The notes beneath the pieces were generated by a model, which was not told the DNA's origin, ran no database searches, and saw nothing but the letters and a program-made list of their open reading frames with translations. The position numbers and the translations under genes were made by a program. 64,000 bases of DNA from the human T2T-CHM13v2.0 reference genome, Homo sapiens. Below, piece by piece: positions 13,771 through 27,925 of this stretch (positions are counted from its first letter, which is position 1; every line of letters begins with the position of its first letter). The stretch lies in assembly GCF_009914755.1 (NCBI RefSeq), contig NC_060930.1, one strand, 5' to 3'.

Positions 13771-14339
13771 ACAATTAATTGTAATACATTATTAGAGTTG
13801 CCTAAGTCTCCATAACATAATAAATAACATAAATAAATTCCAAAGTTAAAGAAAAATTATTTACTCATTGCTGGCATTTTACAAACTACTGACAGGCCTG
13901 TGACGAAAATCAGAAATATCTCTAGGTTCATAGACATTTTCCCTAGCCTGGCTAATTTTGAAGTATAACCATAAGAACCTCCAATTCATGTTTGGCCTTT
14001 TCCTCTGTTTTTCAAACCTTTAGGCTTCAAGCACAAAAATTGCATCTGCAGGCAACTACATAAGGTTCCTTATGAACAAAGTTTTCCTGCAGTTCTAATA
14101 AAAAGATAACAGAAGCAAAACATGTTAAATTTCTCTTTTCACTGCCTTATTTCCTTTAGGCTTGCTGCCTGAGTTTCTTTGTCTTTTTTCCAGATTTCTC
14201 TGAGAATCCTAGCTGCTCTAGATGGCTTTCCTAATACAATGCAACATTTGCAGAGGGTATTTTATTTTTCGAAAGCAATATTCTGAGCCTTCTTATACTT
14301 GGCCTTCTTGAATATTAAAGACATTGACCTGATGCTTTG

Positions 14340-14875
14340 GTCCCATCACCTCTGGGATCTCATCTCCTACTCCCCTCTCCGCCCATGACAGTTGAGTCAC
14401 ACAGGCTGCCTTGAACATACCAGGCACATTTCCACCTCACAGGCTTTGCTCTGGCTGTTTCTTCTGCCTGGAACTCTCTTCCCCACATATGTCCTTAGTG
14501 GACTCCTTCACTTCTTTCAAATGTTTGCTTAGATTTTCCTTCCCAGTGAGGCCAGTGCTAACCTACTTGATATTGCAAGAGGCTGCTCCTTCTGCCTCAC
14601 AACCCACTGCCCCAAGCCCCTTTTCCACCTCTTTTTTTTCATAGCATTATTATTTTCTAAATCACTCTATAATTTATTTTTTATTTACATTTATTGTTTA
14701 TTCCTTTATGTATTTATTACTTATTAGTTATTCTTTTCTTCTATAACATAAGCTCCATGAGACTAGGAATTGCTTTTTCTTTTTCTGTTTAGTATTCCAA
14801 GGATCCAGAATAGGGCTAAGCACAGAGCAGGTAGTCAATAAATATTGTTCCATTAATTGATTGATTGATTAAATG
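14340..14875 (+). mobile_element. L2b 3' end
   Basis: ccttgaacataccaggcac...ctggaactctcttcccc...taagctccatgag...caggtagtcaataaatatt. Confidence 0.85.
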
Positions 14876-15024
14876 AGAACAATTTAAAGATAAGTGAGAT
14901 TTTTATATATTTCTGGCTTTCCTTGCCTAGATCAGGAATTTTAGGGAATCTGAAATCCTAATTCTTTCTCGAATATATGGCCTCTAATTTGCTTCTGATT
15001 ACTTCATAGGAACATTATGCTGCT

Positions 15025-15420
15025 GAGCAATATTTCAGCTCCACAAGCTTGATTGAAAACCCACTGGGAATCAGGCAGTCATTGTACTGGGCAACAGGGA
15101 TACAGAAAGGAGTAAGACACAGTTCCTAACTTCAAGAAGGTAGACAGAAATGTGAACAAATAAATTATAATTCAGCATCACAGACTCACAGTAAAGAGGT
15201 AGCCCAGTGGGAAGAGATCAGGATCTCCACATGGAATAGGAGAAGGGTATTGAGGAAGCCTTCCCAGAAGAGGTTATTTTAAGCTGAACAAGGTTTTACA
15301 AGATGAAATAGACTTGGATAGATCCACAGACTGAAGAAGATAATTCCAAGGAGAGGGAACAGCATTAGTGAAGCCACCAAGCAACGTGGTGCCTATAGGG
15401 ATCTATAAGTTCGGTATTTC
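15025..15420 (-). mobile_element. L2 fragment
   Basis: ttgattgaaaacccact...attccaaggagagggaacagcat. Confidence 0.6.
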
Positions 15421-15454
15421 TGTGTAACATATTTTTCCTTTTGGAAAAATAATA

Positions 15455-15645
15455 ACAACAATAATAATAATAGCCTATACACAGAGTGCCTACCATGTAC
15501 CAGGTAGGGTTCTAAGTCTTTATACATTAGCACATTTATTTTTCCCTACAACACCATGACATAGGCATGATTATAATTCCTATTTTATAGATGAAGAAAC
15601 GAAGGCACAGAGAGATCACCACGTAAGATGATCGCTGTCACACAG
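15455..15645 (-). mobile_element. MIR
   Basis: gagtgcctaccatgtaccagg...attttatagatgaagaaacgaaggcacagagag. Confidence 0.8.
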
Positions 15646-16968
15646 GCTTTCAGAAAGTAGGATGAATTTTTTGTTTCTATTAAAACAAGATAGAAACTAA
15701 ATCAAAAAAGTCTGGTCTAGCTTAATCTAGGCTTGATATACTCAGAGGAAAGCAAGAAAGACTGATTTGTGATTAAAGGAAGAGAACTTTTTTTAAGCCT
15801 TTGAAAATAGTTTTGTTGTTATTGTGGTTATTGTTGTCTTAGCACATAAGGACTTTTAATGCAAATTAATAGAAACAGCAAACATTTCTTATAGAGTGAG
15901 CCAAAAAGACTATGAAAAGTGGAGATAAGTATGTTTTTTAATATTTTACAGAAAGTTATATTAAAAGTTTATAAAGGTCCACTGGATATTTATTTTCTCT
16001 CCTCCAGTAACAGTCTTAAATAAATATAATTACTTTTGGACAATAAAGTGCTTCAATATTGTATACTGAAAACCAATAAAAAATACCAGTCACTTGGAAG
16101 TGTTCCTGTTTGGAGGCCGACCTGGCCCTTACACAGCGGAGTCAGAAGGTGAAAGGTTGAAAGTGCATCCTTGATTTTAGACTGAACATAAAGTGTAGAC
16201 TTGGGTTTTTTAAGCCAAAGGTAATTTTCTTTCCTTCTTTTTTTTTTTAACGTTAATTAACCACTAATGTGGACAGTCTCAAGGATCCAAGTCAATTAGG
16301 ACACTGTGCGTAACTTTTTCAAGCTGAAGGCAGCATGCCCTTCACATTTATAGGTAGTGTACTCTGGATAAAATCTCTTTGCAAGGAACAATAAAAGGCT
16401 GAATAATGAAGACCATGCGCCTAGGATTGATGTAATAAAAGAAGTTCTCAATATTTTGGCACTACCCTTCTAATGTAAAGTGTGTGTTTTTCTCATTTAG
16501 TGGGCAATGGCCAAGTGGAATAAGAGAAATGTGTGTTAATCCACTGCTGTTCTAAAGTGATGGCAGAAAGCATTTGCTGCATTTCCCATTTGGAGCCTGT
16601 AGTCCCTTTGATTCACACCTATTTTTTCCAGATTAGATCTCTGCCATATTATTTATATGGCACTACCATATTCAATTCACACATTACAGCCTGCCTCACA
16701 ATGTAGCTATTCTTATCCCTAGAGAGACAAATGACAGTATTTGTTAATTGCATTTTTAAAGTTATGCAATGTCTGCCAACCCATTAGGATCTTTTCTTAA
16801 TGAGTTTTGCTTCTCTACTTATAATACTACCAACATTTCCATTTAAAAGATAAACAAGCTTCTCTTGATAGCACCAAATTCCCTACTTATATACAATGGT
16901 CTTTTCTACATAAACATTTCTAAGGAGATAATACATTACTGATCAAAATTCTTCCATATTTGTTTATA

Positions 16969-17194
16969 ACTGGAGTTGGCAAACCATGGCCTGTGGGCCA
17001 AATTTAGCCTACCACCTGTTTTTGTAAATAAAGTATTACTGGAACACAGCCATGTTCATTCGTTGACGTATAGTCTAAGGCTGCTTTCATGCTTCAATGA
17101 CAGAGTTGAATAATTGCAGTTGAGGCCATCATGGCCCACAAAGCCTAAAATATTTACTTTCTGGCCCTTTTTAGAAAAAGTTTGCCAACCTTTG
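16969..17194. mobile_element. MER58A (hAT-Charlie MITE)
   Basis: gttggcaaaccatggcctgtgggccaaat...aaaagtttgccaacc, with gttggcaaac/gtttgccaac terminal inverted repeats. Confidence 0.88.
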
Positions 17195-17349
17195 GCTTAA
17201 AAAAGCCTGTATTCTCTTGTAACTTTGTCAGTAACATATGTTACATTATTGCTTTTTCTACCTAGGTTGGATTCTAAATTAATACAGTTCTTAAGAACAG
17301 CCCAAGAAGCAAGTTTGGATTTAAAAAGCCCAAAAAGAATCAAATCAGT

Positions 17350-18308
17350 TTTTATTGTCAGGTCTTAGAGATACAGTGATAGACAAGGATAGACACAGGG
17401 TTCCCCTCCTTAAAAAAGTTTACAGTCTAGAGAGAGTAACTGACAAAATAACTAGAGTACACAGTGACCAATCCAAAATAAGGGAAGTACAATTTTCTGT
17501 GACAGCAAAGAGCAGGGGAACCTTAGCACTTCAAAGATGACTTTTAAGTTTGGAGGCGAGTAACTAACTGGATCAGGTGTTGGGTGTGTGTATCAGGGGA
17601 GAGGATGGCAGGATGGAGTCATTAAAGCAAGCAAAGTGAAGAGCATGAGGGAAGTTCCAAGGTACGAGAGGATAGGATACCAGGAAGCACCGCACATCAT
17701 CATGACTGGACCATGGAGAAGAATAGAAAAAAGGGCAAGAAGTGAATGGGAGCCACCTGGTTATGAAGCACCTCCTACATGTGAGGCAATGGGAAACCCT
17801 CAAAGAGTTTTGATGAGAAATCAGAAATGTCCAGATTTTCCATTTTAGAAAATATTATTCTGGCTATAAGTAAGGAAAGGATTACTGAGAACTTTTGGAA
17901 AGAGAAGCAGTTAGAAGACAGTGGCTAAAATTCAGGTGACAGGTATCAGTGGCTTGAATTAGATTATTGGAGGTGATAAGAGAGAGCTATGGATTTGGAG
18001 AACTATTTCAGAGCAAGAATTGACAAGCTTTAATAAGTATGTGAATGTGGGAGTTGAGGGAAAAGGATAATTTTAAAACAATACTTCAGTTTCTGTCATG
18101 GACAACTTTGTGAATGGTGACGCTTTTCTACAAGCCCAAATGGAGTGGGAATGTAGAAGAGGATGATGGCATGTGTTTGAAAACACTGAGCTTAAGGTGT
18201 CTGTGTGATGTTCAGAGAGAGCACACTTATGGATAGTTGGACGTTTGGCTCTGAAGCTCAGGAAGGGTCTGGGCTGAAGATAAGGCACAGAGGTCATTAG
18301 CATCAGGT
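17350..18308 (-). mobile_element. L2 fragment
   Basis: gtcttagagatacagtgatagacaag...tctgaagctcaggaagggtctgggctgaagata. Confidence 0.7.
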
Positions 18309-18594
18309 GCATTTAATACACCTAACATACTGAACATAATACCTTAGCCTAGCTTACCTTAACCATACTCAGAACACTTACATTAGCCTACAACTGGACA
18401 AAATCATCTAACACAAAATCTACTTTATAATAAAGTGTTGAATACCTCATTTAATTTATTGAATACTGTACTGAAAGGTTAAAAATGGTTGTATGGGTAC
18501 TGAAAGTATGATTTCTACTGAATGCTCATAGATTTTGCATAATAAAGTTGAAAAAATCATAAGTTGAAACATCGTAAGTCAGGGACCATCTGTA
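18309..18594 (-). mobile_element. MER47A (Tigger-type DNA transposon), one end missing
   Basis: gcatttaatacacctaac...ttagcctagcttacc...catcgtaagtcagggaccatctg followed by a TA target. Confidence 0.85.
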
Positions 18595-18619
18595 ATAATA
18601 TAAATAATAACTTTAAGTT

Positions 18620-19045
18620 GATGTGGAGATTCACAAATTCACAAAGAACATTTTCACATAATTTCTTATTTCATGTTCACAACAATCTCATTATAGAGCT
18701 TCCATTATAGAGCTGAGGAGAGAGAGATTTAGAAAGGTCAAGTAATGCTCAAGTTGGAATTTTTGATAAAAGGACAATTAGAGGAAGTGCCCTTCACACA
18801 TTTCCATTATATAATCAAATAATAATATATGGACTTTTTAGAACATCTACTATGTGTAAGACATCATGCTAAGCATTCATTTTGCACAAGAATAGTGTAA
18901 TGTGGGTTTTATTAACTCAAGTTAAGGAAGGTCCAGAGAAGAATGATTAACTTTTCCAACTCACACAGCTAGAAAGTGGCAGAATGGGACTTTGAATTCA
19001 GATCTGATGGATGCTGATGTTTGTACTTTTCACTATTAAAGCCTG
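18620..19045 (-). mobile_element. MIR fragments
   Basis: tcacacagctagaaagtggcagaatgggactttgaattcag. Confidence 0.6.
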
Positions 19046-20179
19046 CTTCACCAGCTGTTCAAGTTTTCTGGCAAATATCACTTTAAAAAAAATTCTTAAC
19101 AAGCTACATGTATTCTTGAAAACATTCACATAAATCCAATATTGAAAACTGAATTATTTTTCTCCTTCTTTATGTTGTAATTTCATTTAATAGATGTGTC
19201 TTCCATGGGAATTAAATATATTTAAAATATAGTATTTAGTTGCCCTGAAGTTGTATATTGAAGGTAAAATTATTTGCTAATAGAACATTAACCACAGAAT
19301 ACCATAATGCAAATGCTGTGCTGGAGATAGTGCTGAGTCCCAAAAAATAGAAGAGAGCGCTATGAGGAAAGAAAGGGAAAAATGCTGCCTTTTTGAACAA
19401 ACTTCCAAGGAAAAATATGCTTCCAAGATGGTGACTCAGACAAATCTAAATCTCTTTCTTCTCCTTGACAAATATTTTCTGGACACCTTAGTTCTAGTGG
19501 TGAAGCTGCAAGAGCCTAGCATTCCATTTCCACCACAGTAATGGTAAAAACAAATTATGTTGTAGATGAAGTATAAAATATATTTTTTCTTCCAATAAAT
19601 TGAAGAATTGGAGCAACTGTGAGAAATTAAAACTAAATTAGAACCTAGGTGGTGGGTGTATGGGATTCATTGCTGAGTTCTTTAACTTTTCTATATGGTC
19701 AAAATATTTTCTAAAAAATGTTAATTTAAAAAATTAGGGAAGAAGAAAAGAAAAAGCACTAAAGCACCAGGGATGTAATAAGCTCCAGACCCAGGAAAGA
19801 AAGTTTGTGAATATAGCTGAAACACCCTTTCCCAGAAAAGTACTCACTTAATGTCTTCAGTCAAAATATTAATAATGAGTTATTTTATGAGACAGTTTAG
19901 ATCCAAATAGAAATAAAATGGACTTGATTTCTGTCCACTAATTTGTCTCCATAATAAAGTTACCAAAGTTTTCACATTTCTCTAATTTTATTTCCATTTC
20001 CAGTTGAGCTCCATGATCAGGAAATCATAAAAAGTATGGCACTGGTGGTTTATAGATGTTTTAGAATATAAATTGAATTTACAGTTATTAAGTGAGTTAT
20101 TACATAAGCTAATTATAAAACAAACTGATTTTATAATTTTATTTTTAATTCAGGAAGTGAGGTAATCTCATAACCTAAA

Positions 20180-20660
20180 GTTTGGAGAAAAGAGAAAGAA
20201 AAATCAAACCCTTGCTTTAAATATAATTATTATAATTTTAATATGTTTTCCAGACTTTTTGTTTTCTAAAAATGCTTTCAAATGGCCGTAAACATAGAGG
20301 CTTAGATCCTACTTTTTTCATTTAATTTATATATTAGGTGTTTTTGTATGTCTACATATTTAACATATTAACAATTGCATAACGTTTTACAGTTGTACAC
20401 AGTGCTGTGATGAATCTTTAACTGTGGCTTGCCTTACATTTTGAATTAGATTGCTGGAAGTGGAATTACTGGATCAAAGAGCGTAAGATTTCAATGGTTT
20501 TATGTATTAATAAGTTGCTTTGCAAAAGTGTTATACTAATTTATATTGTAACATAATGTAAAGATGTATCCCCGCCAGCATTAAGTACTATAACTTTTAA
20601 GTGTTTACAAATTTAACATGCAAATGATTGTACCTCATTGTTTGTATCTGTGTTTCTAAA
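20180..20660 (-). mobile_element. Old L1M fragment
   Basis: ggaagtggaattactggatcaaagag...gttatactaatttata...acctcattg. Confidence 0.55.
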
Positions 20661-21529
20661 AAATACTTAAAAACAGCTTTCTTATTCTCACCAGGTGAGC
20701 TGACAAGTAGACAGTTTGATAATGAGTGAATTTCATGATCCTTCTTGTTATAATTAAGTGTTTCTCTCATTGTCCACCATAGCAAATTAAAATTCCTGGC
20801 TCTTGTCTTCAAAGACCTGGGCCAATTCTCTGTCTCCTCCCCTATCTTAACTGCTTTTTTCCAATGCCTCCCAAGGTTCCCTGTAAATCACCTGAGATCT
20901 TGGTAAACACACATACAAGCCTCACTAGAGACTCCTAAGTTAGAATCTCCAGGGTGGGGACTCTCAGTGCCCTGTCATTACTTTCCACCTTTGTTTCTTC
21001 CTGGATTCCCTTGGCTTTCTTTCTTTTAAGGACTTTTATGCCAGAAATAGACTGAATTCAAAGCTCACTTGGAAGCGTATTTTTCTCTGAAAGTCTGTAT
21101 CGATTAGGTGAGAAATTCATTTATTATTTAGTACTAAAATGACAAAATACAGCTAAAAGTGAATGATGCTGGTCTTTTCCCTGTGCAAGCAAACAATTTT
21201 GCACTTAACCTTGTGTGTGTGTCTGGTCCCTATGGTGAAAGAGGAAAGAGAGCTTTCCAAAATGAGGCATACCAGGTTGGAGAGGTGCTCCTGTTCTAAG
21301 CAAATTGACTCACCCTCTAGAGGGGAAAACTGAGAACCCATGAGAAGAGAGCAGTTAGATCTGCTGAAGGTCACAAGGGGGCCAGTCTCTGAGTAAGCCA
21401 AGGAAGCTTGATGAGGAAAGTGAGAACTGGGTTTAGGGTGATCTCAAAATTCTTGAGATCGACTTAGATAAATGCATATTTCTGCAATTTCAGGCTGATG
21501 AAGCCAAGATAATAACTGTCATATACCAT

Positions 21530-21720
21530 AATAATTAATGCTAACAACATCACATGTAATATTTTTGAGTGTTTATATGTGTCTGGTGTTGTACTGAGCC
21601 CTTTATATCATGTGTGATTTCGTGGCACCATCATGAAGCAAATACTAAGGTGATTCTCACCATTTTACTGATGAGGCTCAGAGAGAGAGATTAATAAATT
21701 ATTCTGAAGATGCACAAGTA
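21530..21720 (-). mobile_element. MIR
   Basis: ttgagtgtttatatgtgtctgg...cattttactgatgaggctcagagag. Confidence 0.65.
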
Positions 21721-22954
21721 TCCTGGTCTTTTGCTGGCTATTTTTTCTATGTAGGATTATAAGCTCCCCAAGTTAACAGTCATGCCTTCTGTGGGGGTTA
21801 AGAACATGTAGGAGGCAGGGCAGGAGGCAGGGCCAAATCAGGCAGATGCTCGATAAACGAACTGAAATACAATGAAGGAAAAAGGACTGATTAAAAGATC
21901 TCATAGGATTCTTTATAAAAAATTTTTTTCTTAACAAATTACAATATGAATTTCTTCAAAAATTATCATGATTCTCAGCTGCCCCTTTCTGGCCCTTCAT
22001 CCTCATCCCATTCACAAACACACTTGGAAATTCCTTTTCCTTTTGGGTTCAGGCTTTCATTTCAGTTATGAATATCTGGGCTCTTATTTTTCCAGACAAT
22101 TGGCAAATTCCTTGGAGTCAGTAAACAATATTGTTTTGACGCCATTGAGATAAGCACGTATTTTAAACCGCTAACTTGGATGCATTTTTATACAGGTCAA
22201 TTCTTGGTCAAAAGGATTGAATGGCTCTATTCACACCTCTGGTGTTGATGAGTTGAGGCACATCATTGATCTAAAAACTGCACAAATGTTTAGGACTCAG
22301 GAGACCCGCAGGAGGCCTGATGCAGTGTACTCACAACACACATTTTCTCAGCTTGAATTACGTTTTGGGGCTTAGATTCTTATTTCCTATAAAAGCTTCT
22401 GTCCACACTGGTTGAAGGCAAGTGAGTAAAAACTTTGACAAATCTGCCCTGACCTGGCTGGCTGCTGGCAGCCCCCTCCCAGCCTTCACAAGCAAAGAAC
22501 TGTTACCTATTCCTACTCCATTCCCCACTGCAGAGCAGCATTCTGTGCCTATTGTCCAAAGCCCACATTTCCAAGCTCAAAACCAGGCTATCGGATAAAC
22601 AAGTGAGGATCTCATAGCTCTGTTGCTGCATCAGAAACTTGAGAAAAGGTAAAGTCCATACTACATGCACTCCTGAATGTTTCAAGGCATAGCCAACTTG
22701 AAAGGCAACCTAGGAGACCCTCTTCAGGATTTGCTACTGCTCCTGTTCTCTCTCATGGAACCAGGATGCTGGTGAGGATTCAGAACACAAAGGCAGCTGG
22801 ATTTTCTTTCACGGACCACAATGAAATGTGTGTCTTAAAAGAAAACAGGAGTGAAACAAGAGGAAATTTCAGGCCAGCAAGATGATGTAAAGGATCCTTT
22901 TCAGCCGCCAAGGAACACTGTAAAGATTATTTAGACACACTCCCTCTTATGTGT

Positions 22955-23168
22955 TTGGCAAGACCCCATCTCCACCGAAAAAAACCACTTTTTTAAAAGT
23001 TAGCTGGGCATAGTGGTACGTGACTGTTGTCCTATCTACTTAGGAGGCTGAGGCAAGAGGATCACTTGAGCCCAAGGTGTTAAGGCTGCAGTGAGCCAAA
23101 ATCATGCCATTGTACTCAAGCTTGGGCAAAAAAGCAAGACTCTGTCGCCAAAAAAAATTAAAAATAAA
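22955..23168 (+). mobile_element. 5'-truncated AluJ (mostly right arm)
   Basis: gcaagaccccatctc...aggatcacttgagcccaagg...ggctgcagtgagcc...A-tail. Confidence 0.88.
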
Positions 23169-23664
23169 TTTTACTGCTCCCAGATTACATCTTTTAGACT
23201 CTGAAATTAAAATGCCTTCCCCAAAGGATAAGACGTTTAGCTTCCACTTTTAAAGAAATCCAAAGTGCATTTCATCTCTTTCTGTTTATATGGATCAGAG
23301 ACACAATGGCTTATGTAATGCTGTTTACTTTTCCTGCTATGTCTAGCTTAAACAGTATTTCAAGGACCATTGACTGTTAAGCCATTGATAATAATAAAGA
23401 AAAAAATAAAGCTTTTTTTTTAATTGAAAAAGACACCTATTATTTTGGTAGTTAGCCAAGTTATTGTAAGACCTACAAATATGCCTCCAGGGGCAACCTC
23501 GGCTTCTTCAACTTGGTTCTCCCTTGTGTTCTTACTGGCTCCTTATCAGTTCTTTACCTGCCCCCAGTTTGTGATCACCTTATCCCCAGTGAAGAAAATG
23601 TACTTATTCCATATATTCCCTACCTCCATTTTCTGAACTGAGAAGTGACCCAAACTTTATCTTC

Positions 23665-23948
23665 TCTTTTTTTTTGACAAGATCTCTCTCTGTCACCCAG
23701 GCTGGAGTGCAGTGGTGTGATCACAGCTCACTGCAGCCTTGATCTCACTGGCTCAGGTGATCCTCCCACCTTAGCCTCTCTAGTAACTGGAAATACTGGT
23801 GCACACCATCACACCTCGCTATTTTTTTGTAAAGACAAGTTTTCACCATGTTGCCCAGGCTGGTCTCGAACTCCTGAGCTCAAGTGATCTGCCTGCCTCG
23901 GTCTCCTAATGTGCTGGGGTTACAGGTGTGAGCCACTGAGCCTGGCCC
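23665..23948 (-). mobile_element. AluJ
   Basis: Antisense dimer with J-type tcacagctcactgcagcc. Near-TSD aaactttatctt/aaagtttatctt. Confidence 0.92.
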
Positions 23949-24259
23949 AAAGTTTATCTTAATTTTCTGCATACAGCAATGAGAGAAAGCGACTCTCTGG
24001 AGGTTGGAATACACATAGTAGAATATGAGAGAACAGTGCCAGAAACATTAAATCATGTGAGCAAGGCTACCTGTGTGTTTAATGTATCACCACATTGGCC
24101 AAATAATGTGCAAATGGCATCTGTGAACATCTTCCTAAAATGCTTTTCAAACATACTCTAAATTTCAATAAGAAAAAATAAATTCAATGAACTCCAAGCA
24201 TTTACATTACTTTATAAATTTTCTACTTAGTTATTTCATTGTTCTGTGTTGAAAGAACT

Positions 24260-24420
24260 TTAAAAGCTGCTATCTTTTTCACTTTATAAATGAGGAAACT
24301 AAGCCACCAAGCAGTGTCTTGCCTGTAGCCATAGAACTTGTTCATGTCAGAGCTACTACTCAAAGACCTGATACTTAGCAAAGTTTTATTTATTTCAACT
24401 ATACCACAAAGTCTCTTTTA
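24260..24420 (-). mobile_element. MIR fragment
   Basis: actttataaatgaggaaactaagcc core. Confidence 0.55.
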
Positions 24421-24899
24421 CTCCTTTTACCAAACATAGTATTACCAATTTTTGAAATAAACTTCTATTTCTCAGTTTTGTATTTCTAAGCCCCATTTTT
24501 TTCTGAATATCTTTTTTCATCAACATGTTTCTCTGTTCTATATCTTAATATGCTTGATATTTCCAAGTTTTTAATATTTCTGGTTTTACTCCTATATTTG
24601 ATTTTAATTACCTCCCCTCAATCAACATCCATAATCCATTTGTATCTCTTTTACTTTCCTCAACATTTCATCTCACTCCCATTTTCCTTTTATTGTTTTA
24701 AAACTTTTCTTTATAACGTCTATGTTTCTTCCTACACCTCTTTTCATCTTGTCTCTATTTGTATTTTTTCTTCTCCAATTCTGTGTTTCTATCAGACCAT
24801 TTTAGCTCCTTCTATACTTTTTATATCATCTTTTTTTTGTCTTATTTCAGCATGACCACTTTGTTTCATTGGCTTTTCAACACAACACATCAATGAAGG

Positions 24900-24933
24900 G
24901 TGTGTGTGTGTGTGTGTGTGTGTGTTTGTGTGT
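24900..24933 (+). repeat. (TG)n microsatellite
   Basis: Direct observation. Confidence 0.95.
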
Positions 24934-26049
24934 ACACAAATTTAGAATTACTTGCTGTGAGAGTGATGAGGGCTGAGTTGGGGAGATTGAGAGAGACACC
25001 AAAGAATGTAATGTGTTCATAGAAGGAGAAAGGCTTGCTTTTTTCCATCCCTGGGGACATTAATCAGAAAGTTTCTTTCTAATGCCCATTTAATAAATAT
25101 AAGTCATGTACATATGTTTCCTATATAAAAGTATCCTGAATCAGTATTGTATGTGTGAAATGTTTCCATTTTCCTAAAACATTCTAAAATTTAATCCAGA
25201 GCTATTGTACAAATAGTTAAAGAGCAACAGGGTTGCTTTCTGAGTTTCATTTGGATGTATTTCAAGTATAATAAACACATGGTAAGATTATGTTTTAAAC
25301 ATCACTAAAATGTTTATCAACTTTGTATATGAGACAACTATAAAATTACCACAGTAGCATCAGACTTGCTAAATTATATATGAAAAACTCTAAATATAAT
25401 ATTGCTTTAAAAAATGTTTTTTCTGGGTTCTAGACTTTGAATACATTGGTTTAATATATATTATTAGCACTCTATTTTATTAATCAGAATACAACCATAA
25501 AAATGAACTTGGGTGTACACAGCCTTAAGTATTTATAACGGTTTATCCTATTTCTGCCCTTAGGGAAAAAAGTTTCCTTTATTCCACAATCAGTTTCTTA
25601 CCCTATTTCATGGCTGAGTAATTCAGAGTTGGAAATGAGCCCATTTATAATTGCATACATCTAAGAATCAAAACCCAACGATTACTGAGTATAATAATGG
25701 CACAATAAGTAGAACTTGAGGAAAAATAATTCAGATAATTCTCATTCTTTTGTTTGGAAAAATAAAGCTTTCCTAAATACTAATCAATCAATAAATACAC
25801 GAATAATAGTATTGTTACCTTTTAATAACAAGTTTTCTGGTTAAAATCCTGAGAAAAGATCTTTTGTCACAGACTGTTTTTTGGTCATCCTATATTGGTG
25901 AGCTTGCCTGATGTTCTCCCAAATGACCTGGGTTCAACATCTGCTCTGAGGATAGACTTTTCTGGCTCAATAATTAAAATACAATGATCTTATTACAGTT
26001 GGAAAATGATTTATTCATCTTTATTACACATTGATTTTTGGCATGGTAG

Positions 26050-26300
26050 AAAACAGAAGAGAGATATTAAGTGAAATTCCATGGGGCCAGAGATGGGTCT
26101 AATATTACCTAATATCTTCAGAACTGACCAGATCAAATTAGACAGTAATCCAGAGTTAGAGAGGCTGACTCACGCTGTGAAAAAGAGAGACACTGTGGAG
26201 GATATTGAGCATTTGATGAATCAGTGGGATCAGATGGCATGAAGGAGGAACAATGTTACACACACCTGGGGAACAGGACTAAAATATGTGAATAATAGAA
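26050..26300 (+). mobile_element. CR1/L3 LINE reverse-transcriptase fossil
   Basis: Translation EMGLILPNIFRTDQ resembles CR1 SVLGPVLFNIFINDL. Downstream aatgttacacacacctgggg resembles CR1 KCKVLHLG. Confidence 0.5.
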
Positions 26301-27264
26301 GGGGCTATTAGGGGAAAATCCACGGAAACAAAGAGAAAAGGAAATAAGTGAAAATAGCACATACACACAAAAAACAGAGCTGTACTGAAATGCAAAAAAG
26401 ACCATGTGACTTTGCCCACATAGAGGGAACTATTCCTTCTGTACTTGGACCTAACTGTGGCCACTATTTTTAAATCATAGATTGAAAAACACAGGCTGAT
26501 TTTTCTCCCAGCGGAACAAACATGAGAATACTATGCTACATTTAATACATCATTATTATTTCTTAACAAACATATTTGCTTCTAAATTCTGCACTTTCTA
26601 ATGCCAAGTGCAAAATCAGTGCATTTAATTGCCTCTCTGTCTTAACCTTTTACTTATATCTAATTAATCGTATGTAATTCCTAAAATGATTCAGTATTTC
26701 TGCCTGTGGGCTAAGTGTCTACCGAAGTTGGCCATACAGAATCTAGCATGGCATCATGTACAGATAAACAATGATATTTAACACAAGGGATGATAAGACA
26801 TATAACATAAGAAAAGATGATATTGATCCTTTTAAAAATTGATGGAAGTATGGCATTCTTGACAAATACAATGTTTACATGCTCAATATATAACTCAGCC
26901 TATTTATAATAGGGACAGCTTGGAGAATAGTGACTGGAGGGAATATTATTCATATTTATTTAACAATGAGGTTTCAGCATTTTTTCTGAGGAATGATTGT
27001 GTGTCTCAGAAAACCACAATGGCTTCTGCTGCTAACAACTTAAATATGGGGAAAGGAGTGTGTTAAGAAAGAAACAAAAATAGGCCCACTTGCTTTTGTA
27101 GCTTTATAAATCATGAAATCAAGGTCATAAAAAATTTGAAAAGTATATAAGAGGGAAAAGGTCAAGAGACAGAAAGAAAGATGGAAAGGCAATGTGAGAA
27201 ATTGCCTTTTAAAATCAATGCATCAATAACTTATTAGCCCAAAGAATTCCCTGGTTCTTTAAGA

Positions 27265-27925
27265 AAATGCAGATCTTATGGGACCAAAACTAAATTTATC
27301 AATTTCTCTCCTCAAATCAGCTTTCTTTTTCACTTCTCTATGCTTTTTTGGCAGCACCACCTTTCCTAGTGTCCCAGACTAGAAACAATTTCATCACCTT
27401 TGGCCTCTTCTTCACTTTTGATATCCAATCACTCAAACCCTGAACATTCTGCCTAAATCTGTCCTGGCACCCACTGCCACTCTTTTATCCTCTACCCCAA
27501 GAATGGCCTTACAAGCAGAGGTCTTACTATCCATTCCTCCCAGGGGCATCTGAGTATCAATTACTTATTCCACCTGCAAATAGGGAAAATGTGCCTAGTA
27601 TAGTTATTAACAAGTAGCATATATTTATTCTCCTCATCTCCAGTTCATGTTGAACCAAGCACCAGATGCATTACCTTGAAACGTCACTTCAACCATACCA
27701 TGGCCTTGCTAAACATCCCACACCAGGTCCAACTAGACTGCTTCTCTAGGGTCAGGTTCTCTTTGCCTCCTGTCCATCCCAAGACCTTCAGTATCTCCCT
27801 AGCTCCTGTTGGGAGGCATTCCCCAGAACTCCAGGCTTCTGTGCATTCCCTCTTCTCTGAGCTTCATTGTCACTTCATGTCAGTACTTTCCCTGTTGGTA
27901 TTTAAACTTGAATTACTCTCTCTAG
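27265..27925 (+). mobile_element. L2 fragments
   Basis: C/T-rich: ggcagcaccacctttcctagtgtcccagactagaaac...atatccaatc. Confidence 0.55.

Noticed and set aside
20670-20700. Recursive-splice-like ttctcaccAG|GTGAGC
   Set aside because: It lies at the edge of a decayed antisense L1, where such a motif is expected by chance.
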